Source: Naegleria gruberi (taxonomy: Eukaryota). Taken from it: 64,000 nt of DNA. The stretch lies in assembly GCA_000004985.1 (NCBI GenBank), contig GG738852.1, one strand, 5' to 3'. The translations under genes and the position numbers were made by a program. Under the pieces are notes generated by a model. The model was not told the origin of the DNA, did not search any database, and saw only the letters and a list, made by a program, of their open reading frames with translations. Shown here piece by piece: positions 41,801 through 52,582 of the stretch; within the stretch, counting starts at the first letter, position 1; each line of letters opens with the position of its first letter.

Positions 41801-44080
41801 GAATCTCCAGTCAAGCTCATTCTTCGACCAATAGAAGATAGTGAAGGCAATGAATATTCTATCATTAGAATGCTTTTCGAATTTGGAAATCAAGGTGAAC
41901 TTGTTAATAAGATTTTCAATAGATTGATTGAATTGAACGAAGCTTGTGATAAAATTGTTGTTGAGGCTAGATTAAAGAAAGAAAACACCAGTAATAAGGA
42001 AGAGAAGGAAGCCAAGAAGAAGAGAGCTTTAGCCAATCGTCAAAAATTGTTGGAAAAGATGAATGCCAGTCAGAAAATGTTTGCCCAGAGCTTGGAAGAA
42101 GAGGAAGACACTGTTGACGATTCCGACAAATTGAAATGTGCCCTCTGTCATGACCACAAGTCACCAGAAGGAAACGAGTCTCTTTCTCTCCTCTGCCAAA
42201 TTGTTAACAACCCATTCCCTCAAATCACTAGAAACAAGGAAAATGTATCCCTCTTTGGAAATATTAGAAACAAACCAATTGTTGATATTGGAGAATTAAC
42301 AGAAGCATTTGCTGATGTCAATAAGGAACACAATGTTCAAATTAATTTCTGCTCTCATGCTTGCCATGCCGATTGTTTTGATAGATACTATACAAATCTT
42401 GTTCAAGAAGAATCTAGACGAAGAAGATTTAAAGGTTTTGGTCAAATAGATTTGGAAAGTATGGAAATACTCTGTCCAATTTGTTCTAGAGTGGCAAATT
42501 GTCTCTGCCCAATTGTTTCAAATCATGCCAATTTGCTCCAATCATCCAATTCTGTATCAACAGAATTACCATCACTTGAAACAATCGCTTCATTCATGAA
42601 GGATATTAAGGTTAAGGACAAGGCAGAAGATGTGAAAACTTCCACTACTCTTTCAACTATTTGTGAGAAAATTATTAATAAGAAGAAAGAAGACTTGGGT
42701 GATACTCTCGATCCAATGCCAGTTGATATTGAACCTTTTGAGTTGATTGATTCGGCATACTTTTCCAATACGTTTAGTTCGGAGATCGCTGTAGAGGAAA
42801 TACTTCAAAGAAGTCAACCACATTTACAAGTATTGCCTGAAGCAGTCAGAAAATCCCTCAGCCACGTATTTGGTCTTCTCATTTCATTCCAACAACTTAA
42901 TGAAAAGAATAGAGGAAAGACTCTTCAAGAAATTAATGCAGTAGTTGGTTCAATGATGGGCTTGAAATCCTATGCAAATTTGAGCCTTTATGATGAAGGA
43001 TTTAGAGAAAGAAAGATGTATCTTCCATTCTTGAGTGGAGACATGTTTACACTATTTGTGAGGTTAACAACCTTGCTTTTCTCATCTGAAAGAAAGATGG
43101 ATTCAGCAATGTTCAGAGATTTGTTAATGGTATTCTATACATCACATATCATTCAGATAATTATGCAATGCAACTTGAGACTTCAACAATCATTTAGTAC
43201 AGGCATTCCATCTATTGATAAGGAAATCTCCACAATAGAGAATATTCCAATATTTGAAAGATTTGAACTCAGAACCCTTGAAACTGACATTATTTTATCT
43301 GAAGATGAAATTGCTAAAATGTCCTGCGGTTTCTTAAGAAGAGTTGCTCTGTATTATTCGTTACTTTTCCCAGAAGAAGAAATTCCAACCTCAAGCTCTG
43401 AACATGTAAATTTGACGAATTATCTCCACCTTCCAACAGTAGATAACCTTTTGGTAATGATTAGAGAATCTAACCCTTATTCTGAGTTGATAACTAAATG
43501 GATTGATCAAGTTAAATTGTCCATGCAAAGTCTTTCAAAAGCCCTCAATGAAGAAACACAAGATGAAGATGATGAAGATTTGTATGCTAGTCAAGCTGAT
43601 TCTTTGATACCTTGCTTTGCAACTCCAAAACCTTTCAGCTTTATTGAGCTACCAAGATTATACGAAGATCTCATTCTCAAGCATAACAATGAAAGATGCC
43701 CACTCTGTTCCAAGAAATTGGAAAATCCTGCCATTTGTTTAATCACTGGAGAATTAGTATGGCTGAAGCAATGCACATGTGAGAAGCACATTTGTGGTAA
43801 GCTTACAAGATATACCAGGGAGAAATATTCTGGATTTGGACTCTTCCTTGTTATTAAATCATCGAGAATTTTGCTTATGCACGAAAGTAGATCAGGAATT
43901 TTGCATTCCCCATACCTAGATAGTCATGGAGAAGAAGATAAGAACCTTAAAAGAGGTGTTCCTTTATTCTTCCACAAAGAAAGACTCGATGAAAACATTC
44001 AAAAGTTAGGAAGAATGAATTGGGATCATGATACCATCATTTTGGAAAAATGTTCTAATTTGCAAACTCATGTTTTGTAA
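38809..44080 (+). CDS. UBR-box E3 ubiquitin ligase (N-recognin, UBR1/2/3-like), about 1740 aa, 2 exons (38809..40882, 40926..44080)
   Basis: UBR box: CGKTWTVGQIAFKCKTCQMDPTCAICEECFKKGNHEGHDYSMTRNSNGMCDCGDVEAWSVSGFCCDHTG. Downstream RING-like region: CALCHD...CSHACHADCFDRYY...CPICSRVANCLCP. A 43-nt intron (GTAAGT...TTTCCAG at 40883..40925) joins the two overlapping ORFs in frame (..NHEH ILEQSYNYN..). Confidence 0.8.
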
Positions 44081-44101
44081 ATCTAATTTATTTTCGATAA
44101 A

Positions 44102-45832
44102 TTAATTATATTTTGTTCCTTTGAACTCTTCTTCATTTTGAGTGCTACTTTGAATATTTCCATACTTTCTCTCATAAACTCTAAAGACTGCAACAATAGG
44201 AACAATGTAAATTGTTCTCATCAAGAAGAAGAGATAAACCAAAAGGTAACCAGCTGTAATTCCACCTCTTACACCAAGATCACTAATGTCAAGAATTTTG
44301 AGGGTAGCACTCCAAAGAATGAAAACAACTGGAGCCATAATAACAACAAGCAATACCTTAACCCAGAATAATTTTGGTCTAAAGTTGGCAACCTTTGCAA
44401 GTGGATGTTCTTCACCTGATTTGGAGATGAATGGCTTTTGTTCTTTCTTAGTCTTTTTCTTGGCATCTTGGCTTTCCAAATCGACAGCATCATCGTCACT
44501 TTCTTCATCACTAACCATTTCTACTGAATTAGTGGAAGCTTGTTGCTTATTACTCAAGTCAAGAGTTATTTCAGCAATAATAAACTTGTAGAAGAATAAA
44601 AGTACAACTGAAACAGTTGATGTCACCCAAGCATAACAAATAGTCCATCTGAGGAGAATGTCCCATTCATTTGATTGAATGGCATTGAAGAATAAAACTG
44701 AAATAAATGAAGTTAATGCCATCAAAATACAAGATATATATCCGATTCCTCTAATCTTTGAAGAAGTATTCATATTTGAGAAAAAAACTCTTCTCAAAAA
44801 GTTTCCACAAAAACCACAAGTGAAATCGTAAAGAGCAGACTTGTTGAAAAAGCTTTGTCTTCCAATAAAGTTGAAACATAGAGCAGCAACAATAATTGGC
44901 AAGATCAAGAGGAAGAATGGTGTAAAGTCAGGTGTGATTGATTGAACTGGCAATCTATTAAAGTAAGAAACCCATTCTTGACTCAAACCAAGGAATGGAT
45001 AAGAGTACCAATCCCAAGGTTTGACATACAAGTTATAGTTAATGATTCTCATACCTTGATTAACCATGTAATCCCAACTTGGCCTGTATGTATAATAAAG
45101 AGGTTCAAATCCATTCCAGTGAACTGGTAATCTAACAAGACCATCTGCCTTGGTATTACCCTCTTCAAGCATTGTATCATCAGCATATTCCGCAATTCTC
45201 CAATTATAATAAGTATTCAAGAAAGCTTGAGCGTTTCTATCGTAGGCCTTCTTGAGAACCTCTTCTTCTCTAGCAATCATATCATCAAAAGTAGCAATAC
45301 TTGGTTTAATAGCCATAAAGAAGGTATCCAAGTCATCAGGAATGGTCATTGAATTTGTTCCGCAAACCTTTCCTTTACACTTGAATAAACTATCAATATT
45401 ACGTTTAACTAGAACGTCTGTACTCAAGAAGATGACATTGTTAAAGCCATACTTTTCCAAATACCACAAAAAGATGTATGGGTAAATTTGTCCCTTTGAT
45501 GAAGGAATTTCATGAATAATAGTAATCTTGTCCTCCTTAAGAACTTTCTTACTTCTCTCGCTAACTCTATCTGTTACGATTGCAACAAATGGATGGGTTG
45601 ATTTAGTCTCTCGTACGCTTTTATGAATAACACGTACAGCAGCTAAATGTGAATCATCATCAAGTATTGTTACAAAGGCTTCTGATGATTTTTCTGTTGG
45701 TAAATTATCAATTGGATAAAGTAAACTAGATTGAGTATTTGCTCTCACAAATCCCGAATTTAAAACTACCACTACAAGAGCAAGACACAATAAAATTGTA
45801 TATAAAATCGATGAAGTTCTGGGTATTATCAT
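44102..45832 (-). CDS. GT8 glycogenin-like glycosyltransferase fused to a C-terminal polytopic membrane region, 576 aa
   Basis: N-terminal signal/TM, then GT8 motifs: AFVTILDDD..AAVRVIHKSVRE..PFVAIVTDRVS..VIFLSTDVLVKRNIDSLF, ..AFLNTYY.. (glycogenin ILNTFF), YVKPWDW (glycogenin VKPWNY). The C-terminal half has at least 6 hydrophobic helices and a charged Lys/Asp-rich loop. Confidence 0.7.
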   Translation of the reverse strand: MIIPRTSSILYTILLCLALVVVVLNSGFVRANTQSSLLYPIDNLPTEKSSEAFVTILDDDSHLAAVRVIHKSVRETKSTHPFVAIVTDRVSERSKKVLKEDKITIIHEIPSSKGQIYPYIFLWYLEKYGFNNVIFLSTDVLVKRNIDSLFKCKGKVCGTNSMTIPDDLDTFFMAIKPSIATFDDMIAREEEVLKKAYDRNAQAFLNTYYNWRIAEYADDTMLEEGNTKADGLVRLPVHWNGFEPLYYTYRPSWDYMVNQGMRIINYNLYVKPWDWYSYPFLGLSQEWVSYFNRLPVQSITPDFTPFFLLILPIIVAALCFNFIGRQSFFNKSALYDFTCGFCGNFLRRVFFSNMNTSSKIRGIGYISCILMALTSFISVLFFNAIQSNEWDILLRWTICYAWVTSTVSVVLLFFYKFIIAEITLDLSNKQQASTNSVEMVSDEESDDDAVDLESQDAKKKTKKEQKPFISKSGEEHPLAKVANFRPKLFWVKVLLVVIMAPVVFILWSATLKILDISDLGVRGGITAGYLLVYLFFLMRTIYIVPIVAVFRVYERKYGNIQSSTQNEEEFKGTKYN

Positions 45833-46122
45833 TTTCCCACTATACTAATTAATAAAAAATTATTAATGGCCAAGTTGTTCGTATTGTTGTTGTTTTTAAA
45901 CGTTTCTCTCGTTTCCGTTGTTGTTATCTGTTAGCAATCGAACAAATTTTCCTTTACCAACTTGGCGCAATTTTTTTTTTAAAGTATTTTGGAACGTTGG
46001 CTTGCAAACGTTCATAATCCTAATCCAACTCAGCAAGTTGATGACGAATGGAAAAGTGCAACGTTCGAATTGGATATGGATTAATGAGCGAAGGAAATGT
46101 TTAAAAACTATGGGCTGTATGG

Positions 46123-47298
46123 TCAATCACGATTATGGTGTGTTTTATGGTGTTGATGATGGTCAAGTACTTTTTCATTCATGGATTGGAAATTCATTTG
46201 GATGGAATGAAGGAGAGCTAGTTGTGCTCTTGTTCTGATGAGATTGTGTTGTGGATAGGTAGTTTTGTAATAGGTATCACCGTTGATGTAATCTGTTAGA
46301 AATCTCAATGCCTGCTCAAAGGTAATATACTTGGCACTGAAAGCTAGATATTCAATTTCGATATCTGTGAGGAATTTGTAACCCTCAGAGAGATATCCAT
46401 TGGTAAAGCTTTCGAATATGTCCATTTTGAGATGAATGTTTTGAGTATTTGGATCATCTTCTGTAGATGTGTTACAATACGAACGAATGGCATCTCCAAA
46501 ATCATTCAATACTGTACTGCACATTACAGTGTCAAGGTCAATTAAGCAACATGCCTTATTGGTCTCAGTATCGAATAAAATATTACTTAATTTCGTATCG
46601 TTATGAGTAATTCTCAGTGGAATTTTGTTACTTTCTACCAATTCCCAAAAATCAATCATTTCCTTTCTATAATTTTCCACAATTCCAATTTCATCTTTCA
46701 CTTCCTCCAATCTGTTAACAATATTCCTTTCAATGGCTTGATCAAATTGTTCAAATCTGAATTTAATATTGTGAAATCCAGGTAACACATCCTTAATAAT
46801 GCATTCTCTATTTTCATAGGTGATATTTCCATGGCTCTCAGAAACCAAATCAGAAAGCATATTCTGGAATTTTCCAATCATTTTACCTCCTTCAAACGCC
46901 AACTCTTCCGAATCAGCCTTTTCATGAGTAGTGGTATTTTCTATAAACTTAAACATGGTCCAATATTGAGAGTTTTCCGAATCTTGATTCTCAATCAATT
47001 TGTAAAATAATTTTCCATCATTGATGGTAGGAACAATAGAAAGAGTCTCCCTATCCGGATTTCCTCCCAATTTTGCAATTTTCCCTCTCAAATGTTCAAT
47101 CACGAGGGAAATATTATTCATCATGAGTTGAATGTTTTTAAATATTTTGTGATTCTTTCGTTGGAGAATGTATTTATTGTTCGGAGAGGGAATGTTAAGT
47201 TCTACCAGATAGGTATCATTGATGAGTCCACTCGGAATTGGTTCGATATTTATATTTCCAAGATTTGGACCTAAAAATTGGCTTACGATTTCATTCAT
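46123..47298 (-). CDS. Phosphotransferase-family (APH/choline-kinase fold) kinase-like protein, 391 aa
   Basis: Catalytic-loop/Brenner motif ITHNDTKLSNILFD, followed by CCLIDLDTV (metal-binding D), typical of aminoglycoside-phosphotransferase-like small-molecule kinases. ATG at 47298. Confidence 0.6.
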   Translation of the reverse strand: MNEIVSQFLGPNLGNINIEPIPSGLINDTYLVELNIPSPNNKYILQRKNHKIFKNIQLMMNNISLVIEHLRGKIAKLGGNPDRETLSIVPTINDGKLFYKLIENQDSENSQYWTMFKFIENTTTHEKADSEELAFEGGKMIGKFQNMLSDLVSESHGNITYENRECIIKDVLPGFHNIKFRFEQFDQAIERNIVNRLEEVKDEIGIVENYRKEMIDFWELVESNKIPLRITHNDTKLSNILFDTETNKACCLIDLDTVMCSTVLNDFGDAIRSYCNTSTEDDPNTQNIHLKMDIFESFTNGYLSEGYKFLTDIEIEYLAFSAKYITFEQALRFLTDYINGDTYYKTTYPQHNLIRTRAQLALLHSIQMNFQSMNEKVLDHHQHHKTHHNRD

Positions 47299-47340
47299 TT
47301 TTTTTTGTTGAAATACTTTACAATGACTATTATTTAATAA

Positions 47341-48516
47341 TTATTCTTGATCATCTTCTGCTTGATAATTTTCATCATTAGCATCTTCCTCTTCGTAATA
47401 TTCATCATCTTCATCAATATCTTCCTCATAATCCTCATCATCATCTTCCTCATCTTCTTCCTCATCATCGTCATCATCCATGTAAAGTGAAATTGGTCTT
47501 CTAATTCCAATGAGAACTGTTTTCATTTGAGTGACAAAGGCAACATTATTGGCCTCATCTCCCTCAATGCAGAATGCAAGTGTGAAATCATCCGTCTTGT
47601 CTGAGATAAATTGATTCGTTTCAAAGGTATTTCTTTGTAAAATCAAATTGATAGAGTGTTTCTTTTCCTGCTCTGAAACATATTCCTGTAATTTGCTGAC
47701 ATAGAGACAAATTTCAATTATCTTTTCTTTGAGTTCCTTTTTAATGTTTGCATGATTGGCTTCAATACTGTCCATGAAACTTAAATATGATCTCGATGTC
47801 AAGTACCAAATCATTTTTGGAGTTGAAGTTGTAACATCATGTTTCGAATAGGAAGCACTCATACCAAGATTTGGAATATTTTGCTTTGGAATAATTGAAA
47901 AACTCAATGTAAATGTTGAGCTTTGTCCCATTCCCAAATCTTTTGTAACTTGTTGACCTTTAAATGTTGAGAGAAATCTGTTTTGAAACCAATTCACATG
48001 TTTGACTTGTTCCAAAGGATAATACCTCGATGCCAATTCAAATGCCTTGCTCACTCTCATCATTTGAATGATTTCTCTCAATGTAAGAAATGGAAATATG
48101 TGATTATTAATAATTTTGAATGGAATTTGCTTTTTACAAATAGAATACTTTAACTTTTCAAGATCGGACCTGAAAGATTCATGATTTTGTGTTTTCTTTC
48201 TTTCCTTGATGAGTGATGATCTCATCTGACGAGCAAATTCTTCAATTTTTCCAATATTTAATTTTCTGTCTTCTGATGATGAGGTTTCGTCTGTTGGATT
48301 TTCGTTTTCTTGTTGAGGAGGATTGGCTGCCTCTTCATTATCGTCATCATTGGTTGATTCGTCATCTCGGGATTTAGTTTTCAACATGTCGTTGAATAGT
48401 TTCTCCTTCTCATGATATTCCTTTAGTCTTTGTTCAGTTTCTCCTAACAAATCACTATCGAATAAATTTTCAAAATTACCCAGAAGAGAAAGGTTCTTAA
48501 ATTGTTGTGGAAGCAT
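47341..48516 (-). CDS. Hypothetical protein with an F-box-like segment and an extremely acidic (D/E) C-terminal tail, 391 aa
   Basis: ATG at 48516. QIPFKIINNHIFPFLTLREIIQMMRVSKAF is F-box-like. C-terminal DDDDDEEEDEEDDDEDYEEDIDEDDEYYEEEDANDENYQAEDDQE. Confidence 0.45.
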   Translation of the reverse strand: MLPQQFKNLSLLGNFENLFDSDLLGETEQRLKEYHEKEKLFNDMLKTKSRDDESTNDDDNEEAANPPQQENENPTDETSSSEDRKLNIGKIEEFARQMRSSLIKERKKTQNHESFRSDLEKLKYSICKKQIPFKIINNHIFPFLTLREIIQMMRVSKAFELASRYYPLEQVKHVNWFQNRFLSTFKGQQVTKDLGMGQSSTFTLSFSIIPKQNIPNLGMSASYSKHDVTTSTPKMIWYLTSRSYLSFMDSIEANHANIKKELKEKIIEICLYVSKLQEYVSEQEKKHSINLILQRNTFETNQFISDKTDDFTLAFCIEGDEANNVAFVTQMKTVLIGIRRPISLYMDDDDDEEEDEEDDDEDYEEDIDEDDEYYEEEDANDENYQAEDDQE

Positions 48517-48677
48517 TTTTTTGTAATTGGTTAATTGGTTTTTGATGTGAAATATCCAGTTAGTTTATTATTGAAATAGAGCTTCATTTTGAGTTAATTG
48601 CTTTCACATCAAATGTTTAGTCTTCAAATGCCTCAATTTTGTTGATGTCTTAAATTTCTTAATATATCATCTTGTTA

Positions 48678-50483
48678 TTAGTAATCATTCCATAATCCAA
48701 TATCCAATTTTTTCTCATTAAGTTCAAATCTTGCACTGTTGTGTCCACAAAGACATTTGCAAATATCATTGAAACAGAATGATTGAATTCCATCAAACAT
48801 ATCTCTTGGAATGATTGGGGAATGATTGGCAATTCCTAGTAAATTTGGAATATCAAAATGCTTTGGAATATTGATATTTAGTGGAGAATCTCTTTCAAGG
48901 TATAAACTAATAATTTGAAGAGCTGTTTCTTTTGTAATTGGTAATTTTCCTGTTTTGAATAGCTCAATATCATACCAAGCTAACATTTGCTCTGGATGGT
49001 AACCTCTTCTTGCAATATCCAAAATTTCTGCATACGCATCTCCTTCTTTTAGTTTGATTGCAACCTCCATTGAAATTTCTTCGCTATTCTTTGAGTCATA
49101 TCTCACAGAATACAAGACAGGAAGGAATATTGTAACAAATTGTTCAATGGTACAATAGAATAACATGCAAGTACCAAAAGGAAAGAAATAGTCAACCAAT
49201 TGGACTATAATATCAATTTGACTAGTAATAATATAAATAAGACAAAAGATGAGTTGGACAACCACTACAGCTAGAGTTTCTTTCTTAATATACCAAATAT
49301 CCTTATCAGTCCTAATAGAAAGAATGACAAATATTGTCTCAATAATTATATAAATAACGGCCTCACATGTAACCAAAATAGAGGTATTCTTCTCCACAGA
49401 ACATCCTCTATCAAATAAAAAGGTTCCTCCATCTACAAAGAAAAGTTTTGTTTCCACAAGCTCATCCGAAACTCCAACTGAGACCCAAAGAGCTACATGT
49501 ATAAAAACAATCAAAATAAGTGCCGGTATTAAGAATTTTGAGCTCAAAAGAAATGAGTAAATTTTGATAAACCTCTTCTTGCGTTCAATGTCCCTGTTTG
49601 ATATTGCAGATGCATTTGTTGTTTTGTTTTCCGAATAAATACTTTGATCATGCATTTCATGTTCATTGCCTAATTCTTTCTGCAATGTAAACAGTTCAAT
49701 TTTTTTCTTACAGAGCTTAAATTTAAAGAAGAGTCTAAAGCATTTGTAAATGGTAGGAAGAAAAATACTTGCAGGAAATAAAAAGTAAATGCTCGAGTAC
49801 AAAATGCATGGAAATGCAGATCTCCCAACTATGAATCTAATACTAAGAATTGATTCAAATATCACATTTCCAGTTAGTGAAAATAATAGAGACAATGGAT
49901 GCCTCTCCTTAATGTGCCTACTCTTCCATTTCCACACTAGGCCAATAAAAGTCAAGAATGTTATCAGTAAATAGATCAAGTAAAATATTGCAGATAGAAT
50001 TGGTGTGAAAATAGTGTCAGGACACAGCCCATAAATCTCTGTAGGCCTCTCCTCTCTCGAATAGCCTCCATTAAACAGAAAAGGATCGCAACTCGTCGCT
50101 ACAGATGCATTATAATTTGGAGTTGTTGAGAGTATGGTATGAAATATTTGGTCCATGTATTCCTTAACTACATGGTCATGCAAGCCTAGATGTTGTGCTA
50201 TTGATTGCACAAACGTATTTTCATTTACAGACGATGATGAAGATGTCAATTCCAAATCATGTTCCGAACAAGTCACAACATTTATCAAAGTACTCATCAA
50301 GGCCACCATTATCAATGTATTTAGAAAAAGCCAGTTAGTTTGTTTCATCTTTTTAAAGCCAAAGTTTATGTTATATTGATGTTGCTGTTGATGTTGTTCT
50401 TCTTTTCGTTGGTGAGTTGATGAAATTGCTTTTGATGTCATTGTGCGTTCATTCTTTTTTTTATGGGATTCAAAAATGTTCAT
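48678..50483 (-). CDS. Seven-transmembrane protein with a C-terminal RGS-like domain (7TM-RGS architecture), 601 aa
   Basis: Signal/anchor near the N-terminus, an extracellular Cys-containing region of about 100 aa, then seven hydrophobic helices (IFTPILSAIFYLIYLLITFL... to FPFGTCMLFYCTIEQFVTIFLPVLY). C-terminal region PEQMLAWYDIELFK...ALQIISLYLERDSPLNINIPKHFD resembles the two halves of an RGS box (EENLEFWLACEDYK ... A..IY..YI......VNID). Domain assignment is by eye only. Confidence 0.5.
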   Translation of the reverse strand: MNIFESHKKKNERTMTSKAISSTHQRKEEQHQQQHQYNINFGFKKMKQTNWLFLNTLIMVALMSTLINVVTCSEHDLELTSSSSSVNENTFVQSIAQHLGLHDHVVKEYMDQIFHTILSTTPNYNASVATSCDPFLFNGGYSREERPTEIYGLCPDTIFTPILSAIFYLIYLLITFLTFIGLVWKWKSRHIKERHPLSLLFSLTGNVIFESILSIRFIVGRSAFPCILYSSIYFLFPASIFLPTIYKCFRLFFKFKLCKKKIELFTLQKELGNEHEMHDQSIYSENKTTNASAISNRDIERKKRFIKIYSFLLSSKFLIPALILIVFIHVALWVSVGVSDELVETKLFFVDGGTFLFDRGCSVEKNTSILVTCEAVIYIIIETIFVILSIRTDKDIWYIKKETLAVVVVQLIFCLIYIITSQIDIIVQLVDYFFPFGTCMLFYCTIEQFVTIFLPVLYSVRYDSKNSEEISMEVAIKLKEGDAYAEILDIARRGYHPEQMLAWYDIELFKTGKLPITKETALQIISLYLERDSPLNINIPKHFDIPNLLGIANHSPIIPRDMFDGIQSFCFNDICKCLCGHNSARFELNEKKLDIGLWNDY

Positions 50484-50779
50484 AACAATTTACTAATAAA
50501 TAAACTGAAGCACCGTATTGTGGATTTCTTAAATAGTCCTTCAGTGATGAAAATGGTAAAATGAACGATTTTCTTGTTACTTTGTGTTGGCATTTATAAC
50601 ACACTAGTTGAGAAAGTAAACAAGTGATTAAAAATCATTTCAACAATATTGCCAGTTCTCAGCCCGTAAAGAGTTACCTTAATGGAACAGTTTACAAGCA
50701 ACTCAGTAATTGTTTGCGTAAACAACTTTATTCTCTGATTTTCACGTGAGGATGGCTTACATGAACCTGTGTTTTATCT

Positions 50780-52491
50780 TCGTGTTGCTTCAACAGGCTC
50801 ACAATTTTTGTGTGCCCTTCTGTTAGTGCTATTTCCATTGGTGACTGAATTGTTAATGCTGACCAGAGCTGGCAGACAACTTACCAGCTTTTGGTTGTTT
50901 AAAAAAAGTGTTTCAGAGCCAATAATTTTAAATAGTACTTACTTCATCCTTATTTTGTTATAATGGCTTGTAAGGTGGAGAATACATACATTTTTAAAAA
51001 CCCACTACATAATAGAGCTTTAACATGCTTTGTGTTCCTCAACTTACATCCTTAAATAATCGTAAACATCATGTTGATGTGATTATCACATACGAAACTT
51101 ACAGTCTGCATGTTGTTAAACATCATCACACATGCCAGAAACTTACAAACTTTAGGACGTAAAAACAACATTTAACGGAAAATGGACTTACTTGCTTAAT
51201 AATATCACACAACATTATTTACATCAACATCTTAAATACATACTCCTCTTTTAACATCAACTCCTACAACATTCACTAATAATTGAGGAGTCTTCATCAA
51301 TGCATCCATGTTCAATGTTAAAAAAAGCTTACCTCCTATTACATCTTTCAAATGTAAATATTACAAGAAATACTTACATACTAATAATCAAGGTCATTAA
51401 AATTGATTCTTGAAAGCATGTAAAACATACAATCTATGTACATTTAGAAAATCAAATAAGCTGATCACTTACATCCTACATGGAGTGAGATCACTAATTC
51501 ATACTGCATACTTACATACTGGATGGCAAGTGAGTATTCAAATAACGAACATACGTACAGACTTGAATCATTCAAATAATAAGACTATATACATCGAAAG
51601 GTACTCACATACTATCGGATTATTTAAGTGGAGAAAATGGGAGTAACTTACACTCTGACAAATTGTAAAACAAGTTCAAAAGAAGCTCACTTACTCCTTT
51701 GTTGACATCAATCCTTTTTGATTTTAACAATATTTCTACAATGGCTAAATTTTCACTCTTACATGCAACATGAAGGGGACTCTTTTGATCTGTTAGAATG
51801 TCTTCAATCCATGCTACATACATACTAAACAAAAGGAAGAGACAATGGAACAATACGAATTGGAAATGAAACTTACGTAGTTCTATTAGATTGAAAGTCA
51901 ATTTTCCTTGTCAAAAAATTGAAATTGCTTACATTCTTATTACAATAATATTACAGAATAACAAGGATTGAATCTTACATTTTCCTATTTGGAATACTTC
52001 ATGTAATCTTGATTCTGAACTTACATACTAACATTATTATTTCTGATATATTGTTCAAATGCCTAAGACAACTTACTCCTCTATTTACATCAACTTCATC
52101 CCTTTCCACCAATAGTTTTACTATATTGACATGCCCGAACGTACATGCTGTATGTAAGGGAGACTTTTGAGAGATTAATTTCTGGTCTTTCCTCAAACTA
52201 CACTTACATTCTAATCACGCCAAATTCAATTCCTCAGATTATTGATAACTACGTACAGCCTTTTTAATAGAATCCAGTAAATTTTGATATCCACAAACTT
52301 ACTCCTTTATTTACATCAATTCCTTTTATTCCCAACAGAAATTGTACATAATCTGTATCACCTCTCTCACAAGCCTCAATCAATAATGTTTTCCCTTCAA
52401 CTTCATCATTGATAAAGCTTTCAAAATTCCGAATCTGACAAAATTGATGAAAGTTTCCGCTTCTAAGAATATTGAATGCCTTTTGAGCCAT
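50780..52491 (-). CDS. Ankyrin-repeat protein gene with a fragmented, not fully resolved exon structure. Clear ANK exons at 52491..52303, ~52180..52067 and ~51815..51695, and a further ANK-like exon at ~50858..50780
   Basis: Exon translations: ..GKTLLIEACERGDTDYVQFLLGIKGIDVNKG | ..DQKLISQKSPLHTACTFGHVNIVKLLVERDEVDVNRG | ..EDILTDQKSPLHVACKSENLAIVEILLKSKRIDVNKG | ..ALTEGHTKIVSLLKQHEDKTQ. Each ANK exon ends ..GGAG|GTAAGT (phase 0). The connecting phases could not be reconciled using only the large exons (see finding 2). Confidence 0.45.
50950..51690 (-). repeat. Array of about 15 short intron-like units (GTAAGT/GTGAGT ... YAG, 35-100 nt each) separated by 3-6-nt spacers (TAT, GAT, GAG, ACT, AGT, GAAAAT, AACTAC...) within the ankyrin locus. 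A shorter copy of the same architecture lies at 51830-52060
   Basis: On the plus strand it appears as recurrent ACTTAC/ACTCAC (reverse complement of GTAAGT/GTGAGT) every 40-100 nt. Decayed ANK-exon ends are recognisable between units (GTTGATGTTAAAAGAGGAG|TATGTA; GATGTTGATGTAAATAAT). Confidence 0.5.
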
Positions 52492-52582
52492 TTTTTAAGA
52501 GATGATTCATCTCCTCTATTGAGGCTCATCATTATATTTTCAAATGTAATGTAATTCAGTAGTGACAGATGGAAATTACATT

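Noticed and set aside
50769-50963. Plus-strand 64-aa ORF in the ankyrin locus
   Set aside because: It lies antisense to ANK-like minus-strand coding sequence. The surrounding minus-strand sequence is rich in GTAAGT donors, indicating minus-strand transcription.
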